A stretch of 63,871 bases of DNA, filler included, from Intoshia linei (GCA_001642005.1; 6 parts of 6 records of this genome joined end to end with filler, not necessarily neighbours in it); one strand, 5' to 3'. Shown: positions 11,773 through 25,620, numbered from the whole stretch's first letter. Translations and numbers: made by a program. Notes: generated by a model from the sequence alone, not told the origin.

Positions 11773-11872
11773 NNNNNNNNNNNNNNNNNNNNNNNNNNNN
11801 NNNNNNNNNNNNNNNNTTAATTAATTAANNNNNNNNNNNNNNNNNNNNNNNNNNNNNNNNNNNNNNNNNNNN
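11773..11872. other. Assembly gap spacer (also 20772-20871, 49257-49356, 54738-54837, 62343-62442)
   Basis: Five identical 100-nt blocks of 44 N, TTAATTAATTAA (stops in all six frames) and 44 N. Confidence 0.97.
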
Positions 11873-12351
11873 AGTATTTCTCGAGACATTGGTAATGTTA
11901 CAAGTTGTAAATAATTTGGAACTAGTGGCAAGTGGTGTGGTAGATATTTCCCGCCTTAATCGAGATAATTCTCGCGGTGTCACTATCTTTTTTTCCACAT
12001 TTTGACCTATCATTTTTTTTTGATGGGTAATGAGCCCATTTTTTAATTGTTCGATGGTTGCGTTTTAGAACTTTGGATATTTGAAGAGTTGTCTTTTCTT
12101 TGGCCAATAAGTCTGTTATTTGACTTTTTTTGTCCCATTTCAAATTTGCCTAACAAATTGACACACTAATTTAAGTAAATAAACAATAATGTGAATAAAA
12201 AGTTTTTTTTACAAATTAAATTTAGTTTATTTAATGAATAATATTAACATCAATTAAAAGCCACCTAATTACAAAAAAATAATTAAGTTTTCATCATTCC
12301 TAAAGTTTATTAGATCAGTTTTAGTGATCTGCCTAATAAATTGACACACTG
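11873..12351 (-). mobile_element. Degenerate Tc1-family transposon left end with frameshifted N-terminal HTH region
   Basis: Terminus TA-cagtgtgtcaatttattaggca (12351) with an inner repeat at 12147-12167 (IR/DR layout). Frames give KTTLQISKVLKRNHRTIKKW and TPRELSRLRREISTTPLATS, typical of Tc1 paired-like HTH domains. It runs into the gap. Confidence 0.8.
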
Positions 12352-12548
12352 TACAAATTAAAATATTTCAGGGGCACATTTGTGACACCAGGGAGTGACC
12401 GCCCCTAGATCCGCTACTGCCTTAGTCGCCGTTTAGAAACTATCAGAGACTTAATAATGTGATAATAAAGCTTTGATGGTTCAGTAGAACTGATTTACCT
12501 ATTTTAAATACAAAACATTGCATAAATAATTTTTATTACAGGTTTAAA

Positions 12549-15500
12549 TTAATTAATAACCAATTTAACAAGAGATTTTTTATAAGACAAAATATCGCCA
12601 TCCCATTTCTTAATATTTCCATTTTCACATACCCAAATTTCTTGAGCTACTTGAGAAATTAATCGGAAATCGTGAGAAACAAGCATTAATCCTCCATTAA
12701 ATCGATTCAAGGCTGTCGCTAAAGAATCAATAGTTTCAATATCCAAGTGATTGGTGGGTTCATCCATTAAGAGCATATGTGGTGATCGCCATGCGAGCCA
12801 TGCAAAAACAACGCGACATCGTTGACCATCTGATAAATTTGTCATGGGACAAACTTGCTCCAAACCAGAAATTCCATATCTGCCTAGAATTCTTCTCATT
12901 TGTTCAGGTTCTTTAATTTCAGGATATTCCTTCATCATCCAGTCCAATGCAGTCATATCCAAATTTAAGTGATCTTGTAAATGCTAAATAGATATAAAAA
13001 TCTATGAAACTTAGAAATAATATATTATTTTATATACTTGGTGATATCTTCCGATTTTTAGGTGAGAATGTCTTTGAATTAATCCATCAGTAGGAGAAAG
13101 CTAAAAAATCATTAGTATAACAGAAATTATATAATGATAAATATAATTGTGTCGTCCGTATCTGTTTGAACAAGAGGAATTTAATGACAAAGATAATAAA
13201 ATATAGTGTCAATTCACCCATTGTTTAATTAGCGTCAATTAAGTTGATTTCATTAAAAATAAATTTAAAATATTATTTTATATTTGTATAATATTTAGGG
13301 CAAAACAATAAAATTTATCAAGTAGTTTTCTAAAATTCTTTAACTCAATTCAAAATTCAATTACAATCAGCATTTTACGAACGGAATCATAACCCAGGCT
13401 TAAAATATACATCATATTCTTAAGAACCTGACAACAGTTAATATATTATTATGTAATACCTCATCAGCAATCAATTTCAACAGAGTAGATTTTCCGGCAC
13501 CGTTAGGTCCAACCAAAGCTATTCTTACGTCCAAATCCAATCCAAACTCAACATTTTTGTAGATGTACGGCTAAGCTATGTTTAAATTACAGTATTTTAA
13601 ATTGAAACCTTTGAATCAGAATATCGAAATGATATATTTTTGACACTTATCACTGGAGGTGGAATGGTTCCACAATCGAAAAAATCAAAATTAAGATGCT
13701 AAAAATGTCTATTACTTGCAATAAATATCAAGTTATATATAAAAATTTAAAGTGGTTCAAATAATTCCATATTTTCTTGTTTAACCCATTGATTACTTAG
13801 ACTTATCAACTCATCACACTTTTTACATGTCGATTTGTCGGTCATCAAAATAACAAAATACTGATTATTTATGTAATCATATATTTAATTCCTCTTTTTA
13901 AAATTAAAATTTCATTATTGAGCATGGTTTTACACAAAAGTCCAACTTACCGTGCCTCTTCGGTATTGACGAAATTTCAATAAAAAATGGAAATTTTTTA
14001 TCTAAAATTTTGGATAGAGCTAGAGTATGATAGGTTCAGCTCTACAAGAATCAATGGTTAAATAATGAAAACCACTTTAATTGAAACTAAATATAATTAA
14101 CATAATTATTCCTAAAAATACCCTTTCTGTAATTTTTTCAGTTAATCCTTTATCAATCATTTTTTTTAATGTCTTTTCTTTGCTTTGCGCCTGACGGGCC
14201 AATTTAGCGCTACCGTGGCCGAACCGAGCAATGTAGTTCTATGAATGAATATAGAATGTTAATATAAATACATCACATTAAAAATTATGATAAACATAAA
14301 CATTACCTCATTCAAATTTAAAAACTAGAATTATTAGAAAACTTAAAATTCATATTCACATACATTTTTTAAATTACAGATCAATCGAACCTATCCTATC
14401 TTAATCCTATCCTTAATCTATACTACCAAATTTTAAACAAACTGGGCGGGTAGAGTACTTTACATTGTACTGAAATTAAAAATATAAATATTTTTAATAA
14501 TATACCTTCATATGAGCAATTTGATCCTGTTCCCACTTATACTGTTTCATTTGGTTTTCGTTCAACTCCTTTTGAGTTTGAACATATTGGTCATAATTTC
14601 CCTAAAAATCAAATTATATTCAAATATTAAACTTAAAAAATAAATTATTTTATTTTCTAATAAACCCAAAGTAGTGTCAGTAAAAAGTTGCTTAGATTAT
14701 GTTAAAATATTGGAATAATTAATCAGAAAATGAAAACGAAAAAGATATTTGGCATTTTATGATTTTCCACTGAATCAATCAGTTATGTGTCTGATTGTTA
14801 CACTATCATTAATATTCAACACAAATAACCATATATATTCGTGAGAAATTAGTTTTTATATAAAATTTAAAACCATTTCGAACCATTTTAATTTGGTTAC
14901 AATGACTACATTTCTTTCAAAGTTACCAGTGAAAAACTGAGAACCACATATTTAATTACTATATCATGTGTATGACATTAAATTTAATACACACATATTA
15001 TTAATATAAATTAACCTTGAAATTATCGAGTCTTTTCTGTTTCATCAAAATAACATTAGTACAAACACCGTTCATAAAATCTTGAGAATGAGATATTATT
15101 AAGAGTATTCGTTTAAACCTGAGTTCATAATTACAATATTAGATAAAATAAAATCATGACTAAAATTTTCAGGGCCCAAAACAATAATTAAATTTTTTAA
15201 AAAAGTACATTTGAGACCAAATAAATCCTTTTACACAGTGTTATGTAAGGGTGAATTGAACTTAGGTTAAATTAAAAGTCAATAAATTAATCTCATGATT
15301 AATGTCTTAATGAAATTTTCCAGCAAGCATTACAGCACATTTCTCTACGGGTCATGGTTGAGAACCAAATTTATACAATAAAAATATCATACTTTTGAAG
15401 TTCGTGTTCTAACCAAACACATGAATTCAAGTCTAAATGATTGGTAGGTTCATCTAACAACAATATGGAAGGAGATATAAACAATGCTCTCGCCAAAGCA

Positions 15501-16654
15501 ATTCGCATTCGCCAACCACCAGAGAAATCTTGTGCGGCGGTATTTTGCATTTCATTCGTAAACCCGAGACCAAACAATATACTAGCTGCCTTGGGTCTAG
15601 CAGTACTTGAATCTAGTTCATCCAATCTTTCATAAATGTCGGATAGTCTGGTTACAGCTAAATATTAATTGCAGTTTTACATATTTAGATTACCTTCATC
15701 GTCTTCGTCCCCAATTAATTGTTCGGCATAGCTTTCCAATTCAAATCTTTCTTTGTCTACATCCATAACACAATCTATGGCTGTTTTTTCAACTGGTTCC
15801 ATTTCACGATTAACATAATAAACATCCAAGTGATCTGACATTGGAGTTTCTCGTGCATTAATAGCTTTTAGCAAAGTAGATTTCCCTAAAAAACATTATT
15901 ATTCAAAACAAAAAAGTCTATAATCTCAGGTTAGTACATATCAGTTTGGTCCATGTAAAATCGGATAAATTTTAATGGTCTCACTTTCACTAGAAAAATA
16001 TTCAAAACACTCTAAAAACTGTTTTAACGCGCCTTCTGATTTATTTTTGATAATTGAAAAATTTTCAATCATACCATCGCAAACCCAATTCTGCCCGACA
16101 AAATTTAAAATTATTAGTTTAGTTTAGTCCACGATCAAGATTAAACTACTTACAATTGTTGATAATGTTCCAGTCACCAACAAAAAAGAAAAATTTAGAA
16201 ATAGAATCCTCTAAAATTTTCGCGTGGACTGCAATCCCGAATATAAATAGATTATACATACCGCATCCATTTTCACCAATTAAAGCATATCTTCTGCCAT
16301 AGTTTAATTCCAATTTTGTATCCAATAACAATTCCTTTCCATGAAACCGCAAACTCAAACTATGAACGTGCAAATCCCGACTTTGCGGATGGGATGCATT
16401 CACGCCAGCAGTAGATCTAAATTGTTGATCTATATCCAGAGTCTCCATTTTTTTAACAAGTTGATCGATATCTAAAAATAAATGACAAATGTATATTTTA
16501 AATTACCTTTTTTCTCATCCTTATTAGAATTTATAGCAACATTTCCATTAGATTTATTGGAATTTGCATTGTGCTGTTTATTATTTTGTTGCATCCGTTT
16601 CTTAGCCTGTTCTCTTTTCAATAAATCTTTTCTTTTTTTTGCATCGGATGGCAT
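12549..16654 (-). CDS. ABCF2: ATP-binding cassette subfamily F member 2 (about 11 exons)
   Basis: N-terminus [55 protein letters not shown], second [13 protein letters not shown] and [16 protein letters not shown]...[16 protein letters not shown]. No transmembrane domain. Confidence 0.95.
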
Positions 16655-16869
16655 AATGTAGATTTGATTAAAAAATATTGTGTAATAATTTATATTTATG
16701 TGGATATTTACAATATCTACAATAGACTAATTTTGATTAACAGTAAACATGAATGTTGACGATAATAGAAACGTAAATTTTAACAAAATGGTAAATTATA
16801 TTACACGTAATGAAATGAATGAAAACAATTTATTTATCAACATTTACATGCCAACAGAAATACATTTTA

Positions 16870-17532
16870 TTAAATTTGTAGATTTTCATTAATGATGTAA
16901 TTAATTATCTTGCGGTAACGTCGGATTGTTTTATTTTTTGTATTTATCATGTTGCGATTTTCTAAATAAATAAAGTTTACATTTTTCATTTAAGCTAGAT
17001 TTTAGTAAATAAATAAAACTTAACCTGCTTGAAATCCTCGACAAGTTTTCATTGATGGTGAATTTATGTTGAATGTGCATAATGGTTTTAACCTATATGG
17101 AAGAAAATCAATTTTTAACGAAAATTCGCTAATATATCGCTCGAAAGATTAAATTTAAAGTTTAAACATTAAAGTGGTATAAATTTATGATTTTTAAATT
17201 AGTGTTGATATTGACTTTTATATATTTTACCTTCCAGAAACTAATTTTCCTTTTGGTATATTTTCTTTTTCAATACTAGAATTTTTTATATATTCAAGTC
17301 TCATTTTTGTGAATTCTTTGGCAGTTTCCATGTTATTAGAAACGTGTTCACTTATGACTTGATTTATATTTTTGGTGTAAAGTTTATAATTATTGTTATT
17401 TCTTGTTTTTATTGCCAATTGTTTCTTTTTAATTTTTTCGTCATCAGAATTTTTCGTTTTTTTTATAGAATCAAAATACAATAAACCAGCTGGGGCTGTG
17501 TAATTATATCTTTGTATACCATTTTCACTCAT
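16870..17532 (-). CDS. Unidentified basic protein of about 155 aa, three exons
   Basis: The 101-aa ORF ends at donor AG|GTAAAA (about 17231). Exons at about 17092-17025 and 16961-16870 continue in phase to TAA. No family recognised. Confidence 0.45.
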
Positions 17533-18962
17533 TTTAGTTTGGTTTGCTGAATTTTACACTTTTGATTTAGAATAACTAATTTGATCTCTTTGTTATTTTT
17601 ATGAATTGTATATAAATTTTTCAAGTTTTGCTAGTATTTATATACTTGCACTAGATTAATATTTGTGATATTGATACAACCGATTCATTTATATTCTATT
17701 CTTGATTCGTGTATCTCGATATGTTCTAAATTATTTTATTCACTGATTATAATCAGTGATATATACTATTCATTTCCATTTTAATATTTTTTATTGTTTG
17801 GATAAATTGTTGTCTTTACACATTGTGGATTCTAGTATTCTCGAAACATTTTATTATTTTATTATAAACCGTAATTAACAGTTGTAAATGGAAAATGTCA
17901 TCCTAACGTTTATAACACGGTTCAACAAAATGAAAAAAATTTTCGCGCATCACTAGTATTTTAGCTTCAAATTGTAGATATTTTATAATAATCTCGTAAA
18001 TTAAAATTTATTTTGAAATTCATAGCATCAATTTAAAAATAATTAATATTTATTAATTGATAATGAGAATACTATTTACTCAATATTTATTTTTTTGATG
18101 GGTTAAATTATTATTTAAGGTTATCGAATACGTAGATGTCGAATATATGAAAAGTTATAGGTCAATCAAGTGAGAAAGTCGAAAACCCCTATCGACATGC
18201 AGAAACCAAACTTTTCGGATGCGCAACAAAAAAATTATTTTACCACTACAATTGAGAAATCGCATTCTAATGGATGACTAAGTTTCATTTTATTCCATAG
18301 CGTAGTTATTGAAATATTTATATAATAAGATATACGAAAAAATTATTAAAAAAAATGAAAATAAATTTATTTTAGATTACAAGCACGCCAACAATAATTC
18401 TCCTAGCATATTCATGTATATACATATACATGTTTACTAAATTTTCCGTTTTCAGATTTTTTTTTATTGGATTCATTAATATAACAAAAATAACAATTTT
18501 CTTTTTTAACTGGTTGTGACTATATCCATGGTTTAAGAAATCTAGATTCACCTGATTTGGTTCTCCTGTAACAAGTCAGACAAATAAACTTGGGTGACCA
18601 CGATGATTCAAAATTTTGGAAAATTTCATATATTATTTCATATGATCGTCTGAGATCTTGACAAATTCTCATTTAGACATCTCATCACAGACGTATTATT
18701 TCATTTGTTGTTAGGTTATATTATTTTTTATGATATTTTTTGACACATGATATTTTCGTAAAACTATTTCGGTATATAACATAGAAACCAATAAAATTAC
18801 TTTCTAGTTCTCTGACAATTATTTTTACATTATAAGATGAATTCAAAGTCTAAAGCTTGGGGAAAATTTTAATAATTTAACTTGTATTGTAATTACAACA
18901 ATTATAATTATGGGTTAATGCAAGTTTTGTATTTGAACGACTACGAGGATCTAGATTTTAGA

Positions 18963-19010
18963 TCCTTACTTATATAATATGCTATACAATATTTGTTTGT
19001 GTGTGTTACC
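18963..19010 (+). mobile_element. Helitron 5' terminus (short)
   Basis: A|TCcttacttatataatatgctatacaatatttgtttgtgtgtgttacc matches the family 5' end, then diverges. Confidence 0.6.
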
Positions 19011-19147
19011 AAGAATCAAGTCCATTGTCACTTCTAAAGGACTACATACTAAATATTAAACAATTAATTTTCATCAACGTTTTCAAAAATAATTATAACT
19101 AACGATTGGCAGATAAGAACTGATAAGTTCATCTTAAATAAAAAGAT

Positions 19148-19218
19148 GTCCAAATCTCGATTCGAACCTGGCCACGCAGAATACAATTATATGACTATAA
19201 CCTCTCTGCCAGTTAGAC
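19148..19218 (-). pseudogene. tRNA-like sequence (pseudo-tRNA or SINE head)
   Basis: 71 nt with A-box TGGCAGAGAGG, B-box GGTTCGAATC and a pairing acceptor stem gtctaa/ttggac. The anticodon (possibly GTA) and T stems pair poorly. Confidence 0.55.
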
Positions 19219-19315
19219 ATCACAAGTGAGTTATATTAAAAATATATATTCGAATCTCGATTAGTATGGTAGCGATATATCACTACAATAACCACCAAAA
19301 AATTAAAATATTTCA

Positions 19316-19535
19316 GGGGATCCAAGACTTTTGTGACTAAAATTATTGGTTATAATTCTTTAATTGAAATTTAATACCATTAATAATTATTACTATATTT
19401 CATAATTAAGTAAACTATTAGATTTATTCTCCCTTATATTGGTATTTTTAAAATTTTATAAAAACGTGATTATTTTTTGTCCTATCTAACAAAATATATC
19501 ATTCTGTTGGGGCTCCAAGACTTTTTACCGGCACT
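19316..19535. mobile_element. Solo Tc1-type terminal repeat with internal direct repeats
   Basis: ggggatccaagactttt and ggggctccaagactttt lie about 190 bp apart, the latter ending ...accggcact (Tc1-like cagtgccgg terminus). Confidence 0.45.
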
Positions 19536-19914
19536 TTATCATATAAGTAATGATGTAGAATTGGATTTATTTTATTTGTATAATTTCTCCATTCCTAAAT
19601 TTGTAAATATTTACTATGGGTAAATATTGAATTTGATATATTATATATCTTCATTCTAAAATAATTTAGACAATGATGGGTTTAAATTTTATATTAATTT
19701 TGTGCATATTATGTACATTGTACAACTGCTATTACTATTATGTACAATTATGTATTATGTACAACTGGGATTTTTGAAACAGTTGTTAATGCAAATGAAT
19801 ATGGACCAAGTTTATGGGATGAACAATTGCAGTTTCTTAAAATGAAATATCCGAATCAAAATGTTGAAATTGTATAAGTTGAAAATGTGTAAATTGTATT
19901 TCGGAAAAAAAATA

Positions 19915-20502
19915 TATGAATACTAAAATCCTTTTTTGACTATGAAGTCGTGACTTATTCGGATTGAAATTTTTTGAAATTCTAGGGTTGTTTTTATTAA
20001 AAAAAAAAGGGTAATTTGGGGTTTTTGATCTGAAAATATAATTTTTTTAAATTGAAATTTATGATAATGTTTATGATTTTAACCCTTTCACTGTCTGATG
20101 CAATTTTATATGATATCATCACACGTCTGGAATTTATGTTTTAATTTAAACTTTTATTATTTTTAAATTACCTATGTGAAAATGTATAAAAATAAAAGAA
20201 TAAAGTTTTTCAAAATTATGCTGTGTATAGTATAGAATACACAGACAGTAAAAGGGTTAAACTCCGTATCAGCGTATATATTTTTTTAAATTTTCCAACT
20301 CGTTTGATTTTCAAATAGATGGACAACAGAGGTTTTTGATCCGTAAGATGTGAAATTGGGAGGTTGAAATTTATCTTATTATACGTTTCGGAAAGAACTG
20401 TAATTGATATGTGATCTTTAAAAAATTATAAGAGTGGTAGTTATTTCAATAAAGTCACACACAAACAAACAAAAATCGCGTAGCTTTTTATATAAGTTAG
20501 GA
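19915..20502 (-). mobile_element. Helitron 5' portion (inverted)
   Basis: Reverse complement begins A|TCctaacttatataaaaagctacgcgatttttg. Confidence 0.75.
20083..20256. mobile_element. piggyBac-type MITE nested in a Helitron
   Basis: TTAA-ccctttcactgtctg ... cagacagtaaaaggg-TTAA. Other Helitron copies (for example 49141-49160) show the empty site. Confidence 0.85.
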
Positions 20503-21425
20503 TAATATATTGATATACATAATTAAAATGAAAATAAGCAGACTTGACATATGTGATAATTTAATTTGTTAATTAAATTTATTTCACTCAGCAACAATTT
20601 CAAAATTTATGTTTTATTGCTATATTTAATAACGAAATACTACTGTATTTGATAAATATACAATAATGTATATACATATAGACATAATGTGTGTATATGA
20701 TATACAGGGCGGATCCGGAAATATAAAGTTTGATATATTAGTTTCTAGTAGTACACTATTGAAGTTACTGCNNNNNNNNNNNNNNNNNNNNNNNNNNNNN
20801 NNNNNNNNNNNNNNNTTAATTAATTAANNNNNNNNNNNNNNNNNNNNNNNNNNNNNNNNNNNNNNNNNNNNACAACAACTACTAAAAGTAATACAACTTT
20901 GTTATTATCATTTTGATATTTATTACAATCTTTTGCAATTTTGGTAAAATTCGCCTGAAATATGTTAATAAAGTGAAGATTCCGTTAATTATTGATACAT
21001 AATTGGTATTTTTAAGTATTTATTAAATTGGTACTGAATATATATTGTGACATTAAAAATGACAAAATAGGTTTTTATAATTTTATTTTTACAGGAATTT
21101 ATGCTATTTATGACAATTTTTAGGATTGACTGTTTTTACTATATTTTTAATATTAGTTAATTTTAAATTAAATTTTAATATTTAGTACAACTCACCTATA
21201 AATTAAAAAAAAACGACCAAGAAAATAGATATAAAACATCAACCATAATATTTTTGTAATTAATTATTTATGTTCATATTAATATTGTAATTTTTGAAGC
21301 TATTTAAAAATGGGTTTAGTTGAGAGACTATTATATTTATCTAAATTTAAAGAAATTATTATTAGTTTCTTATAATTACAAGTTATAAATTATAATACAC
21401 TTTTAGTTTATTTTGTAATTTTTAG

Positions 21426-23592
21426 AAGTATAGTTGGAGTCATAATATTAATTCAATTATTGGCCACAATGGTTGATATAATTATGATTTTACTAATGAA
21501 ACCAAAAAAACCTGAAAAATTAGAAAACAATGAACAATACAACCAAATGTTGGCTACATATGAAAGTAATAGAAGTCAAATAAAAAAAAGTATTTGTAAA
21601 AGGGTTTTTTAAAAAATATTTACCTAAAATACTTTATAAAAACTTTTTTCTTTATTAACAAATTAAGTTTAAGTCGTTTACAAAAAATTTAATTAAAACA
21701 TTAAGGCTTAATATTAAATTTTAATTAATAATATAATTAAATTATTTAAAAGGTAAAAGAAGTAAATTTTTGCTAGCATTTTCTCTCGTCAATAACTTGC
21801 AAAGATTATTTACAATTAAAAGTGACAAGGATAAGGGTTTCTTTGAATGCCTTTCAGGTTTGAAAGCTATATCGATTTTATGGATAATGTATTCTCATTC
21901 TTACAGCTACGGAGTTAAATTCTTTGGTACATAAAAATAAATTTAACTATACAAAATTTAGGTAACGTTTTGGCTCTCAATGATGATAGAGTTTTAAAAT
22001 ACATTGGCAGTTTCATATTCTCTTCTTATCTAGCAGTAGACAGTTTTTTATTATTTTCGTGATTTTTCAAATTAAAACATTGATAATTACTAAATTTAGT
22101 GGATTTTTGGTGGGATATGGATTATTAAATAAGCTATACGAAAAAAAATCAATTTTTCGAATAAACTGGTTTCTTTATGTAATATTACGTTTAGTTAGGT
22201 TTGCTATTACTCAAGTTTTAAAAGTTAATTTTAATTAGACTTTTACCTTTATATTATGGTACGTTGTGTTTATACTTATACGTTGTTCCTTATTTTACAA
22301 ATGGAATTTTGGTGGACCATAATAGACAGATTGATGAATTTTGTTCAGGTTCAGTATGGAAAATGTTTGCTCTATTTCAAAACATTTCTGATCCGGCTAC
22401 AATGGTAATATATGTTCATTAATGTGTATGAGGGATTGTCTCTCCTTCCGTGGATTCTAGTGTATTAAACTTTAAAAACTTTAAACTTTATTTCGCAAAC
22501 GAATTTAGTTATTATCACATGGGTTGTAATTATTATCAAATTGATAGTAATATGGTATAGAATACAAAACATCCCAAACATCATTGTTTTTGTATATATT
22601 ATAATTTAGTGTTCTGGGTGGTTATGGTATGTTCACGCTGATATTCATTTGTACTTGGTGGCTCCAATATTCTTAATCGCGTGGTTCTGGTTTGATTTTA
22701 AAGGTGTTCGTATATAACTATCTAGGAATAAAAAATTTGGAGCTTCATTTATTTTGATCACTATAATTGTAGAAATAATGTGCATTCTAACATATTCAAT
22801 AGGTGATGATCTAGCAATTCCCATAGTTTATGATATTCAACGTAGTATGGAAATGTATGAAATATATACACATTTTCTTAAATAATTTTAGATTGAAAAT
22901 GATGAATCTAATTTATTTCCCCACGTGGACTCATTTCCATTCATACTTAACCGGTATTGTCGTTAGCTTTATTTTCATAATGTGCCAAAGAAACGAAATG
23001 AATTTTAGACTGTCCAAGGTAAAATGAAATAATTTTTTTAACTATTAATTGTAAATTAAATTTTATCTATTTTAGATTAAAATTATAATAGTGTGGGCAG
23101 TTTGTTTAACAATAATGGCAGTTATTATTATTACTCCAACTAATTTAACTAGACAACCAAAAAATATATATGAACGGTCTATTTATAATTCGTTTGTACC
23201 TCTAACATGGTCAATTTGCACAGGCTGGGTTTTATTTGCTTGTATTAGCGGATATGGAGGTAATATACATTAAAAGTTTATTTAATTTTATAAATAGGTT
23301 TCATTAACGATTTTTTGTCTCATAATGGATTTACGGTTCTGGGAAGAATAACTTATGCTACATATTTGATTCATCCAATAATTTACATATCAACTGGTTT
23401 TAACATGAAAAATGTATACAACTATGAATTCTTATCACATGTATGTTACCAATACAATCCAATATTTATAAACCATTTTAGAATTATATTGTTATGGGGC
23501 AAATGTTGGTATCAATGACCCTAGCATGTTTATACACTGCATTATTTGATTCTCCAATTATGAACCTACAGAAACTTATTTTTAGAAAATGA
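21426..23592 (+). CDS. NRF-6-like / acyltransferase-3 family O-acyltransferase (5' exons not found)
   Basis: Spliced exons give LLAFSLVNN, ECLSGLKAISILWIMYSH, AVDSFLLFSGFLV, RLVRLLP, WLWYVHADIHLY, SGYGGFINDFLS and LGRITYATYLIHP, ending FDSPIMNLQKLIFRK*. Confidence 0.88.
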
Positions 23593-23921
23593 TTGTAGAA
23601 TTAATTAAAATATTTATATAGTAAACAGTATTAGTTACGTTCCAATTTAGAAAATTACATTTACATAAACATAACAAAATGGAAAATTGCAAAGTTAATT
23701 TAACCAATTTTGAGGTAATTTTATTCTCTAAAATTTTAAATACATAATACAATTTTTGTCAAAGTTTATCAAAACTCGCCGTTATAGGGTGTCGCGAGAT
23801 ATTTTTAATTTTTCTAAAAATTTTATCATTTTATTAATTGGAAATTAATGTAAATATTAAAAAAAATAAAACTGGTAAAAATTCATGTATAACTTGTAAA
23901 CTATAAAACAACTTATGTTTA

Positions 23922-24870
23922 TCCTAACTTATATAATATGCTACGCGATTTTTGTTTGTGTGTGTGTTACGCTTTATTTAAATAATTACCCGTCTTAAAA
24001 TTTTATAAAGTCCACATTTCAATTGCAGTTTTTTCAGGGACATATAATAAGATAAATTTCAACATCCTAAACTCACATCTTACGAGTCAAAAACCCCAGT
24101 TGTCCCTCTTTTTGAAAATCAAACGAGTTGGAGAATTTAAAAAGATATATAAGCTGATGCGGACTTTAAAATCATGAACATTATCATAATATTTAAATTG
24201 AAAAAAATTATATCTTTAGGGCTAAAACCACCAATTCCCTTTTTTTTTTTGAAAACAGCCCTATAATTTCAAAATATTTACAGGTGGTACAGTTGTATGC
24301 TGTTAAGACACATAAAAAATTTCAATCCGAATAAGTGACGACTTCACGGTCAAAAAAGCATTTTAGTATTTTTATATTTATTTTCTGAAATATTTTATTG
24401 AAACAAAAAATGTGACATAATTAACGGTCAGAAAATTAAAAAAAAGAGATTATTCTGATAGAGCTTATTCCAGTTTATATAAATACAAAAGTTCAACTTG
24501 AAAAATCTACGCATTCCCAATGAAAAATAATTTTTAAAATATTATCAACCAATATTTTTAAAATATTTCAATTAAAATAAAAATGTAAATATTGATCCTA
24601 TAATTTCAAAAAAAATGTACAGTGAACGTCTACACATTTCCAATAAAGAATTATGGTTGAAAATCTATCTAATTCATTCCTTCGGAATTTTTTTCATTGC
24701 TAACGCAATTTTAAAATTCTCATTTTCAAAACATTTTGAATAAAACTTAAATAGAAACTAAACAACGAAACTAAAACAACTTTGTTAGTATCATTTTTAT
24801 ATTTATTACAATCCTTTGTAAATTTGGTAAAATTCTACTAAAATATGTTTATAAAGTGAAGATTCGGTCT
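23922..24870 (+). mobile_element. Helitron copy with intact 5' end
   Basis: A|TCctaacttatataatatgctacgcg start, then family internal blocks. The 3' end is missing. Confidence 0.75.
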
Positions 24871-25139
24871 TCATGGTAAAAACACCTTTTATAATCAAAA
24901 TAAGTCTTAGACGTGAATACAGTATTATATACCAAATTCATATTTTAGTAACAATGTAGTAACCTACCTCAATACAACTAACATACTTACTTATACTATT
25001 GTAATAGCTATTACTACAAAAGCAACATCTTACCTTTATCAAATACTGATCTACTCTGTTGTGAATCACAACTGCACCGTAATTTTAGTCTTAATTTCCA
25101 ACTTGGTAATTCCAAACATAAAAATTATCAAAATAGATA

Positions 25140-25415
25140 AACAAATTTTTAAATTTTTTTTAACCATATTTTCAAGGTTTTTAGGGGATTTTTTACCATA
25201 TTTTGAAGGGGGTTTTTAAAGAAATTTTTTAACCAAATTTTAAAGAGGGTTTTTTTGAGAATTTTTTTACCATATTTCGAAGAGATAACCGTTGGAAATT
25301 ATATTGGTTATCGAAATTTTAGGTATATTAGGAAATTTTCCAACATTACCTATCAATATTTTAAAAAATAGGCCCGGGCCATATGGCCCTAAACCCCTCT
25401 CCACGGCTGCCATTA
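25140..25415. repeat. Degenerate minisatellite (about 34-nt unit, about 4 copies) ending in a GC-rich transposon-end-like motif
   Basis: Repeats of ttttt(a)acca(t/a)attt(t/c), followed by ggcccgggccatatggccct...ccacggctgcca. Confidence 0.4.
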
Positions 25416-25620
25416 AGACCAATAATAAAATAATTTAATTTGTTAATAAATAGATCTTCAATCAACTTTATCAAAATTTAATTTTAATATTGGAGGTTTC
25501 ATTGTATTTTTTTATCAAAACAAAAAGTGGGTTTTGGAAGAAAACTAAATTAATCTAAAAACTTATTTTTAAATTTTAGAAATGTTAATTGACAATTTAT
25601 AATATATTAAAATTTTTAAG

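Noticed and set aside
11817-11828. TTAATTAATTAA repeated five times at long intervals
   Set aside because: It is always centred in a 100-nt N run, so it is an artificial six-frame-stop scaffold linker.
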